From contig NC_091287.1 of NCBI RefSeq assembly GCF_032444005.1, positions 574,616,001-574,680,000 of the forward strand: 64,000 nucleotides of DNA, given 5' to 3'. Origin of the DNA: Ranitomeya imitator. Its lineage: Eukaryota. Of the stretch, positions 36,501-48,070 are shown piece after piece. The notes under the pieces are model-generated. The model made no database searches. It worked only from the letters and a program-made list of their open reading frames with translations, and was not told the DNA's origin. Every line of letters begins with the position of its first letter. Position 1 is the first letter of the stretch. Made by a program: the position numbers and the translations under genes.

Positions 36501-39500
36501 GTTCCTCCGCTCATCGCACACTCACAGCTCTCGTCAGACGCACTTGTCACTGTTCCTCCGCTCATCGCACACTGACAGCTCTTGTCAGACGCACTTGTCT
36601 CTGTTCCTCAGCTCACTGACAGCTCTCGTCAGACGCACTTGTCACTGTTCCTCCGCTCATCGCTGACAGCTCTCGTCAGATGCACTTGTCACTGTTCCTC
36701 CGCTCATCGCTCACTGACAGCTCTCGTCAGACGCACTTGTCACTGTTCCTCCGCTCACTGACAGCTCTCGTCAGACGCACTTGTCACTGTTCCTCCGCTC
36801 ATTGACAGCTCTCGTCAGACGCACTTGTCACTGTTCCTCCGCTCATTGACAGCTCTCGTCAGACGCACTTGTCACTGTTCCTCAGCTCATCGCTCACTGA
36901 CAGCTCTCGTCAGACGCACTTGTCACTGTTCCTCCGCTCACTGACAGCTCTCGTCAGACGCCCTTGTCACTGTTCTTCCGCTCACTGACAGCTATCGTCA
37001 GACGCACTTGTCACTGTTCCTCAGCTCATCGCTCACTGACAGCTCTCTTCAGACGCACTTGTCACTGTTCCTCCGCTCACTGACAGCTCTCGTCAGACGC
37101 CCTTGTCACTGTTCTTCCGCTCACTGACAGCTATCGTCAGACGCCCTTGTCACTGTTCCTCAGCTCACTGACAGCTCTCGTCAGACGCCCTTGTCACTGT
37201 TCTTCCGCTCACTGACAGCTATCGTCAGACGCACTTGTCACTGTTCCTCCGCTCACTGACAGCTCTCGTCAGACGCCCTTGTCACTGTTCTTCCGCTCAC
37301 TGACAGCTATCGTCAGACGCACTTGTCACTGTTCCTCCGCTCATCGCTCACTGACAGCTCTCGTCAGACGCACTTGTCACTGTTCCTCCGCTCATCGCTG
37401 ACAGCTCTCGTCAGATGCACTTGTCACTGTTCCTCCGCTCATCGCTCACTGACAGCTCTCTTCAGACGCACTTGTCACTGTTCCTCCGCTCACTGACAGC
37501 TCTCGTCAGACGCCCTTGTCACTGTTCTTCCGCTCACTGACAGCTATCGTCAGACGCACTTGTCACTGTTCCTCCGCTCATCGCTCACTGACAGCTCTCG
37601 TCAGACGCACTTGTCACTGTTCCTCCGCTCATCGCTGACAGCTCTCGTCAGATGCACTTGTCACTGTTCCTCCGCTCATCGCTGACAGCTCTCGTCAGAT
37701 GCACTTGTCACTGTTCCTCCGCTCATCGCTGACAGCTCTCGTCAGAAGCACTTGTCACTGTTCCTCCGCTCATCGCTCACTGACAGCTCTCGTCAGACGC
37801 ACTTGTCTCTGTTCCTCCGCTCATCGCTCACTGACAGCTCTCGTCAGACGCACTTGTCTCTGTTCCTCCGCTCATCGCACACTGACAGCTCGTCAGACGC
37901 ACTTGTCTCTGTTCCTCAGCTCACTGACAGCTCTCGTCAGACGCACTTGTCACTGTTCCTCCGCTCATCGCTCACTGACAGCTCTCGTCAGACGCACTTG
38001 TCACTGTTCCTCCGCTCATCGCTCACTGACAGCTCTCGTCAGACGCACTTGTCACTGTTCCTCCGCTCATCGCTGACAGCTCTCGTCAGATGCACTTGTC
38101 ACTGTTCCTCCGCTCATCGCTGACAGCTCTCGTCAGAAGCACTTGTCACTGTTCCTCCGCTCATCGCTCACTGACAGCTCTCGTCAGACGCACTTGTCAC
38201 TGTTCCTCCGCTCACTGACAGCTCTCGTCAGACGCACTTGTCACTGTTCCTCCGCTCATCGCTGACAGCTCTCGTCAGACGCACTGGTCACTGTTCCTCC
38301 GCTCATCGCTCACTGACAGCTCTCGTCAGACGCACTTGTCACTGTTCCTCCGCTCACTGACAGCTCTCGTCAGACGCACTTGTCACTGTTCCTCCGCTCA
38401 TTGACAGCTCTCGTCAGACGCACTTGTCACTGTTCCTCCGTTCATTGACAGCTCTCGTCAGACGCACTTGTCACTGTTCCTCCGCTCATTGACAGCTCTC
38501 GTCAGACGCACTTGTCACTGTTCCTCCGCTCACTGACAGCTCTCGTCAGACGCACTTGTCACTGTTCCTCCGTTCATTGACAGCTCTCGTCAGACGCACT
38601 TGTCACTGTTCCTCCGCTCATTGACAGCTCTCGTCAGACGCACTTGTCACTGTTCCTCCGCTCATTGACAGCTCTCGTCAGACGCACTTGTCACTGTTCC
38701 TCAGCTCATCGCTCACTGACAGCTCTCGTCAGACGCACTTGTCACTGTTCCTCCGCTCATTGACAGCTCTCGTCAGACGCACTTGTCACTGTTCCTCAGC
38801 TCATCGCTCACTGACAGCTCTCGTCAGACGCACTTGTCACTGTTCCTCCGCTCATCGCACACTGACAGCTCTCGTCCCTCTGCACCTAGCATTCTCATGG
38901 TATGCCTTTCAGCTAACCCCAGCTCTACCCTAGTGTCATGACCTTGTTTACTCAGGCCTGATTGTCTGCATCTGGTTCACTCTTAATTCTCTGACCAAGA
39001 TGAGTAGAGACCACTCCTCTCTGCTTCACACCTGAACGCACTTAGTTTTACATATATTGTATAGCACAAGTCTGCAATGACTTTAGTCTGCAGTGATTCC
39101 TATAAGTGTGAAAATTACTGTAGAATTAAAACCTGAATTGAACCAGAAGGGAACTGAAGGTAACTGGCCACAGTCATTGTAAACAAAGTTTCTGATTATT
39201 TTCACCCCTATAATTCTTCACTTTCTGCTACCTCCCCCAATCCCCACACCAAGTAAGGAACTGTTCATCTCCTCTTCAATCCTCCCAATCCACCTCACCT
39301 CCTCCACAGAACTGTTCCTTAACATACAATCCTCTGTCTCCAAGCACAGACAGCCCCTTCATGCCCTCTCCTGCTCCCACCTGCTAACACTTTCTCTGCT
39401 CCTTCTCACTGCTGGTGATATCTCTGCAAATCCTGGTCCTCCTCACCATATTCCCAGTCATTTCTACCTCCCATCCACGTTCTATCACAACTTTCCGTAA

Positions 39501-42500
39501 CCTCTCTAACCCTATACCCATTTGCCCAGCCCCCGCTTCCCCAGTCCCACTAACAGGAGCTCTGTAGAATGCTCGCTCTGTCTGCAACAAGCTTTCCTAC
39601 ATCCATGATCTCTTTGTTACTACCAAACTTTCCTTCCTCGCCATCACCGAAACCTGGCTCACCCCCTCTGACACAGTCTCCCCTGCTGCACTCTCTTACG
39701 GTGGCTTCCACCTTTCTCACACTCCCCGCCCCAGCAGCAAACATGGCGGAGGAGTTGGTTTTCTCCTGTCAGATAACTGCTCCTTCTCCCCAATCCCACT
39801 GCCACCCTCTGTTGCCCTCCCTTCCTTTGAGGTGCACTGTGCGCATCTACTCCCCCACCAACCTCCAACTGGCTGTCATCTACCGCCCCCCCCCAGGGCC
39901 AGCCACCATCTTCTTTGACTACTTCACCACCTGGCTACTTAATTTCCTTTCCGTGGACATCCCCGCTATCATCATGGGTGACTTCAACATCCCCATTGAC
40001 TCTTCCCTCTCAGCTGCCAGTAAACTTCTATCTCTCACTTCCTCCTTCGGCCTTACTCAATGGTCTTCTGCAGACACTCACAAAGACGGTCACACACTGG
40101 ACCTCATCTTCACCCGCCTCTGCTCCCTATCTAACCTAACTCGCCTCTCCCTCTTTTAGACCACAATCTACTCACATTCTCTTCCGTCTCCACTCCTTGT
40201 CTACAATCCCCACCCCACAAACTTGCACACCCTCGCAGAAATCTTAAACACCTTGATCTACATTCATTCTCTGAATCCCTCCTCCCTCTCACAGACATAA
40301 GTTCCCTACACAATGCGGATGACGCTGCCGCTCTATATAACACCACAATAGCTGTAGCTCTGGAATCGGTTGCCCCTCTCACACATACCAAAGCTCGAAA
40401 AATCAAAAGACAGCCCTGGCACACCAGCCTGACCAAAGAACTGAGGCGGGCTTCCAGGGCTGCTGAGCGCAGATGGAAAAGATCCCACTCCAACGAGCAC
40501 TTAATCGCATTCAAACAGTCCCTCACTACTTCCAAGACCACACTCGTCACAGTTAAACAAACCTACTTCTCGTCTCTCATATCCTCCCTGTCTCACAGTT
40601 TTTCAACTCTCTCCTCCATCCCCCAGCACCTCCTCCCTCCCCACTCATCTCAGCTGAAGACTTTGCCTCATTTTTCAAGCAGAAGATTGAGAACATCAGA
40701 GACAGTTTTGGTCAACAACCCCCAGAGCCCTTCCTCCCAACTGCCCAGCCCTCCACCTCCAAAACCAACTTTTCCACCATTACAGAAGACGGACTCTCCA
40801 CTCTACTCTCAAGATCACATCTCACCACCTGTGCACTTGACCCGATCCCATCCCACTTCATCCCAAACCTCACCACAGTCTTCATCCCAACCCTAACCCA
40901 TCTCTTCAACCTATCACTAAAGGTATGTTTCCACGTTCAGGAAACGCTGCGTGTTTGACGCTGCGTTGAGCCGCAGCGTCCAGATGTTACAGCATAGTGG
41001 AGGGGATTTCAAGAAATCCCGTATCCACTATGCAATAAAAGACGCATGCGGCAGACACGCGGAAACGGACATACATAAGAACGCAGCATGTCCTTACATT
41101 ACTGAAACAACGCAAGGACAGCGCAGGTGACCTGCCAGTGACCTCAGGTGCAGATTTGGTCAGAATTTTACCTGCATAAAATCCTGACCAAATCCTGATG
41201 CCATCCTGAACGTGGACATATAACTTTACAACTGGTGTTTTCCCCTCAAGCTTTAAACATGCCTCAATCACACCTATCCTCAAAAAGCCTTCTCTTGACC
41301 CATCTTCTGTATCTAGCTATCGCCCTATATCACTTCTCCCCTATGCCTCAAAACTACTGGAACAACACGTCCATCTTGAACTGTCCTCCCATCTATCTTC
41401 CTGCTCCTTTTTTTTTTTTTTTAACTCAAATTTTTTATTTAGGATCACATGACCATTAACTTGTTACATTCTTATATTTCAATACAGAGTTTTCACCCCA
41501 AAACAGACCCCCCATTCCCAACTTAATGCACCCCCTCCCACACAGACAGCCCACCTCTTCTAATAACCTAGCCATCAGGATTATAGCGTTACTATCCTCT
41601 CATGTAGATCTGCACGCCTCGTATTATACACACTTCTTCTATAGTGAACCTATCCCATGGCGAGCCACGAAGACCACAATTTGTCGGAGGTTTCTATTTT
41701 CCCTCTTTTCTTATAAATCCCTTTTTCTAATACCAGGCCCTGTTTTACATCCTGAAGGAATTCCCTTCTTGTAGGCGGCTCATCCTTTCGAGCCATATAC
41801 AGTAATCTGGCAATGGCGGTCTTCAGATGGTTATCCACGCACGCCAACAAGCACACCATCGTCTCTCTTGGCACCGTACATTTGTACGCTCCTTCCACTC
41901 GACTCAAAACCACCAACCAAAAAGCAGCCAGTGTCGGACATGTCCACATCATATGAGATATGTCAGCATCTGCGGACCCACACCTCGGCCATTCAGAGTC
42001 ATCACGCAAACCTGCCGTGAACAATACTTCCGGAGATTTATAGACTCTGTATCACATAGTTGTGGAAGCCTGTACGGTTCGCTCAGTGGCAGCCTGTACG
42101 GTTCGCTCAGTGGCAGCCTGTACAGTTCGCTCAGTGGCAGCCTTGGCACCTATTCCACCACCGACTCCTAAGCTTCATTCTCCATTGGGCCCACATCTCT
42201 CTCCCACCGAGCTCTTGCCGTGGTCGGATACCCCAGAAGGTAAGTATGCAGCAAGTCTTTATAAAGAGTGGAGATAACCCCCCTAGTAGTCCCCTCACCA
42301 CACACATACGCCAACACTATATCCCTATGAATACTGGCATTACCGTTCCTATTCCGAGCTTTAAATGTGTGCCTCATCCGCAATACCTCCTGCTCGCTCT
42401 TCGACCGCTTACAATCAGGCTTCCGGTCACACCACTCCACTGAAACTGCCCTAACTAAGGCCACCAATGACCTATTAACCGCCAAGAGCAAGCGACACTA

Positions 42501-45500
42501 CTCTGTCCTCCTCCCCCTGGGCCTGTCCTCTGCCTTCTACACTACTCTGTCCTCCTCCCCCTGGGCCTGTCCTCTGCCTTCTACACTACTCTGTCCTCCT
42601 CCCCCTGGGCCTGTCCTCTGCCTTCTACACTACTCTGTCCTCCTCCCCCTGGGCCTGTCCTCTGCCTTCTACACTACTCTGTCCTCCTCCCCCTGGGCCT
42701 GTCCTCTGCCTTCTACACTACTCTGTCCTCCTCCCCCTGGGCCTGTCCTCTGCCTTCTACACTACTCTGTCCTCCTCCCCCTGGGCCTGTCCTCTGCCTT
42801 CTACACTACTCTGTCCTCCTCCCCCTGGGCCTGTCCTCTGCCTTCTACACTACTCTGTCCTCCTCCCCCTGGGCCTGTCCTCTGCCTTCTACACTACTCT
42901 GTCCTCCTCCCCCTGGGCCTGTCCTCTGCCTTCTACACTACTCTGTCCTCCTCCCCCTGGGCCTGTCCTCTGCCTTCTACACTACTCTGTCCTCCTCCCC
43001 CTGGGCCTGTCCTCTGCCTTCTACACTACTCTGTCCTCCTCCCCCTGGGCCTGTCCTCTGCCTTCTACACTACTCTGTCCTCCTCCCCCTGGGCCTGTCC
43101 TCTGCCTTCTACACTACTCTGTCCTCCTCCCCCTGGGCCTGTCCTCTGCCTTCTACACTACTCTGTCCTCCTCCCCCTGGGCCTGTCCTCTGCCTTCTAC
43201 ACTACTCTGTCCTCCTCCCCCTGGGCCTGTCCTCTGCCTTCTACACTACTCTGTCCTCCTCCCCCTGGGCCTGTCCTCTGCCTTCTACACTACTCTGTCC
43301 TCCTCCCCCTGGGCCTGTCCTCTGCCTTCTACACTACTCTGTCCTCCTCCCCCTGGGCCTGTCCTCTGCCTTCTACACTACTCTGTCCTCCTCCCCCTGG
43401 GCCTGTCCTCTGCCTTCTACACTACTCTGTCCTCCTCCCCCTGGGCCTGTCCTCTGCCTTCTACACTACTCTGTCCTCCTCCCCCTGGGCCTGTCCTCTG
43501 CCTTCTACACTACTCTGTCCTCCTCCCCCTGGGCCTGTCCTCTGCCTTCTACACTACTCTGTCCTCCTCCCCCTGGGCCTGTCCTCTGCCTTCTACACTA
43601 CTCTGTCCTCCTCCCCCTGGGCCTGTCCTCTGCCTTCTACACTACTCTGTCCTCCTCCCCCTGGGCCTGTCCTCTGCCTTCTACACTACTCTGTCCTCCT
43701 CCCCCTGGGCCTGTCCTCTGCCTTCTACACTACTCTGTCCTCCTCCCCCTGGGCCTGTCCTCTGCCTTCTACACTACTCTGTCCTCCTCCCCCTGGGCCT
43801 GTCCTCTGCCTTCTACACTACTCTGTCCTCCTCCCCCTGGGCCTGTCCTCTGCCTTCTACACTACTCTGTCCTCCTCCCCCTGGGCCTGTCCTCTGCCTT
43901 CTACACTACTCTGTCCTCCTCCCCCTGGGCCTGTCCTCTGCCTTCTACACTACTCTGTCCTCCTCCCCCTGGGCCTGTCCTCTGCCTTCTACACTACTCT
44001 GTCCTCCTCCCCCTGGGCCTGTCCTCTGCCTTCTACACTACTCTGTCCTCCTCCCCCTGGGCCTGTCCTCTGCCTTCTACACTACTCTGTCCTCCTCCCC
44101 CTGGGCCTGTCCTCTGCCTTCTACACTACTCTGTCCTCCTCCCCCTGGGCCTGTCCTCTGCCTTCTACACTACTCTGTCCTCCTCCCCCTGGACCTGTCC
44201 TCTGCCTTCTACACTACTCTGTCCTCCTCCCCCTGGACCTGTCCTCTGCCTTCTACACTACTCTGTCCTCCTCCCCCTGGACCTGTCCTCTGCCTTCTAC
44301 ACTACTCTGTCCTCCTCCCCCTGGACCTGTCCTCTGCCTTCTACACTACTCTGTCCTCCTCCCCCTGGACCTGTCCTCTGCCTTCTACACTACTCTGTCC
44401 TCCTCCCCCTGGACCTGTCCTCTGCCTTCTACACTACTCTGTCCTCCTCCCCCTGGACCTGTCCTCTGCCTTCTACACTACTCTGTCCTCCTCCCCCTGG
44501 ACCTGTCCTCTGCCTTCTACACTACTCTGTCCTCCTCCCCCTGGACCTGTCCTCTGCCTTCTACACTACTCTGTCCTCCTCCCCCTGGACCTGTCCTCTG
44601 CCTTCTACACTACTCTGTCCTCCTCCCCCTGGACCTGTCCTCTGCCTTCTACACTACTCTGTCCTCCTCCCCCTGGACCTGTCCTCTGCCTTCTACACTA
44701 CTCTGTCCTCCTCCCCCTGGACCTGTCCTCTGCCTTCTACACTACTCTGTCCTCCTCCCCCTGGACCTGTCCTCTGCCTTCTACACTACTCTGTCCTCCT
44801 CCCCCTGGACCTGTCCTCTGCCTTCTACACTACTCTGTCCTCCTCCCCCTGGACCTGTCCTCTGCCTTCTACACTACTCTGTCCTCCTCCCCCTGGACCT
44901 GTCCTCTGCCTTCTACACTACTCTGTCCTCCTCCCCCTGGACCTGTCATCTGCCTTTTACACTACTCTGTCCTCCTCCCCCTGGACCTGTCATCTGCCTT
45001 TTACACTACTCTGTCCTCCTCCCCCTGGACCTGTCATCTGCCTTCTACACTACTCTGTCCTCCTCCCCCTGGACCTGTCCTCTGCCTTCTACACTACTCT
45101 GTCCTCCTCCCCCTGGACCTGTCATCTGCCTTCTACACTACTCTGTCCTCCTCCCCCTGGACCTGTCCTCTGCCTTCTACACTACTCTGTCCTCCTCCCC
45201 CTGGACCTGTCCTCTGCCTTCTACACTACTCTGTCCTCCTCCCCCTGGACCTGTCCTCTGCCTTCTACACTACTCTGTCCTCCTCCTCCTGGACCTGTCA
45301 TCTGCCTTCTACAATACTCTGTCCTCCTCCCCCTGGACCTGTCCTCTGCCTTCTACACTACTCTGTCCTCCTCCTCCTAGATCTGTCCTCTGCCTTCTAC
45401 ACTACTCTGTCCTCCTCCTCCTGGACCTGTCCTCTGCCTTCTACACTACTCTGTCCTCCTCCTCCTGGACCTGTCCTCGCCTTCTATACTACTCTGTCCT

Positions 45501-48027
45501 CCTCCTCCTGGACCTGTCCTCTGCCTTCTACACTACTCTGTCCTCCTCCTGCTGGACCTGTCCTCCTCCTCCTGGACCTGTCCTCTGCCTTCTACACTAC
45601 TCTGTCCTCCTCCTCCTGGACCTGTCCTCTGCCTTCTACACTACTCTGTCCTCCTCCTCCTAGATCTGTCCTCTGCCTTCTACACTACTCTGTCCTCCTC
45701 CTCCTGGACCTGTCCTCTGCCTTCTACACTACTCTGTCCTCCTCCTCCTGGACCTGTCCTCGCCTTCTATACTACTCTGTCCTCCTCCTCCTGGACCTGT
45801 CCTCTGCCTTCTACACTACTCTGTCCTCCTCCTGCTGGACCTGTCCTCCTCCTCCTGGACCTGTCCTCTGCCTTCTACACTACTCTGTCCTCCTCCTCCT
45901 GGACCTGTCCTCTGCCTTCTACACTACTCTGTCCTCCTCCTCCTGGACCTGTCCTCTGCCTCCTACACTACTCTGTCCTCCTCCCCTGGACCTGTCGTCT
46001 GCCTTTGACCCAGTGGACCATTCCCTATTATTACAGACCCTCTCATCCCTTGGCATCACAGACTTGGCCCTATCCTGGATCTCATCATACCTAACAGACC
46101 GGACATTCAGCGTCTCCCACTCACACACCACCTCCTCACCTCGCCCTCTATCTGTCAGAGTCCCACAAGGTTCAGTCCTAGGGCCCCTGCTCTTCTCCAT
46201 TTACACCTTTGGCCTGGGACAGCTCATAGAATCTCATGGATTTCAGTATCACCTCTATGCTGATGACACACAGATCTACATCTCTGGACCAGATATCACC
46301 TCCCTACTAACCAGAATCCCTCAATGTCTGTCCACTATTTCATCCTTCTTCTCTGCTAGATTTCTAAAACTTAACATGGACAAAACAGAATCCACCGATC
46401 GACCAAACCACTGCACGACCCCCTCTATCTTCACCTACTGTATTCTCACCCATCCCTTGTAGATTGTGAGCCCTCGCGGGCAGGGTCCTCTCTCCTCCTG
46501 TATCCTCACCCATCCCTTGTAGACTGTGAGCCCTCGCGGGCAGGGTCCTCTCTCCTCCTGTATCCTCACCCATCCCTTGTAGACTGTGAGCCCTCGCGGG
46601 CAGGGTCCTCTCTCCTCCTGTTTCCTCACCCATCCCTTGTAGATTGTGAGCCCTCGCGGGCAGGGTCCTCTCTCCTCCTGTATCCTCACCCATCCCGTGT
46701 AGATTGTGAGCCCTCGCGGGCAGGGTCCTCTCTCCTCCTGTATCCTCACCCATCCCTTGTAGATTGTGAGCCCTCGCGGGCAGGGTCCTCTCTCCTCCTG
46801 TATCCTCACCCATCCCTTGTAGATTGTGAGCCCTCGCGGGCAGGGTCCTCTCTCCTCCTGTATCCTCACCCATCCCCTGTAGATTGTGAGCCCTCGCGGG
46901 CAGGGTCCTCTCTCCTCCTGTATCCTCACCCATCCCTTGTAGATTGTGAGCCCTCGCGGGCAGGGTCCTCTCTCCTCCTGTATCCTCACCCATCCCTTGT
47001 AGATTGTGAGCCCTCGCGGGCAGGGTCCTCTCTCCTCCTGTATCCTCACCCATCCCTGGTAGATTGTGAGCCCTCGCGGGCAGGGTCCTCTCTCCTCCTG
47101 TATCCTCACCCATCCCTGGTAGATTGTGAGCCCTCGCGGGCAGGGTCCTCTCTCCTCCTGTATCCTCACCCATCCCTTGTAGATTGTGAGCCCTCGCGGG
47201 CAGGGTCCTCTCTCCTCCTGTATCCTCACCCATCCCTGGTAGATTGTGAGCCCTCGCGGGCAGGGTCCTCTCTCCTACTGTATTCTCACCCATCCCTTGT
47301 AGATTGTGAGCCCTCGCGGGCAGGGTCCTCTCCTCCTGTATCCTCACCCATCCCTTGTAGATTGTGATCCCTCGCGGGCAGGGTCCTCTCTCCTCCTGTA
47401 TCCTCACCCATCCCTTGTAGATTGTGAGCCCTCGCGGGCAGGGTCCTCTCCTCCTGTATCCTCACCCATCCCTTGTAGATTGTGATCCCTCGCGGGCAGG
47501 GTCCTCTCTCCTCCTGTATCCTCACCCATCCCTTGTAGATTGTGATCCCTCGCGGGCAGGGTCCTCTCCTCCTGTATCCTCACCCATCCCTTGTAGATTG
47601 TGAGCCCTCGCGGGCAGGGTCCTCTCCTCCTGTATCCTCACCCATCCCTTGTAGATTGTGAGCCCTCGCGGGCAGGGTCCTCTCCTCCTGTATCCTCACC
47701 CATCCCTTGTAGATTGTGATCCCTCGCGGGCAGGGTCCTCTCTCCTCCTGTATCCTCACCCATCCCTTGTAGACTGTGAGCCCTCGCGGGCAGGGTCCTC
47801 TCTCCTGTATCCTCACCCATCCCTTGTAGATTGTGAGCCCTCGCGGGCAGGGTCCTCTCTCCTCCTGTATCCTCACCCATCCCTTGTAGATTGTGATCCC
47901 TCGCGGGCAGGGTCCTCTCTCCTCCTGTACCAGTTGTGACTTGTATAGTTTAAGATTATTGTACTGTTTTATTATGTACACCCCTCCTCACATGTACAGC
48001 GCCATGGAATAAATGGTGATATAATAA

Positions 48028-48070
<43 letters not shown>

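Noticed and set aside
11100-38900. Regularly spaced repeats that might suggest CRISPR arrays
   Set aside because: Units are head-to-tail with no unique spacers, there are no cas genes, and the context is a vertebrate spliced gene.
42367-45663. 1098-aa ORF, the longest in the window
   Set aside because: Translation of the 44-bp array cycling through three frames; only the first ~45 codons are L1/L2 remnant.
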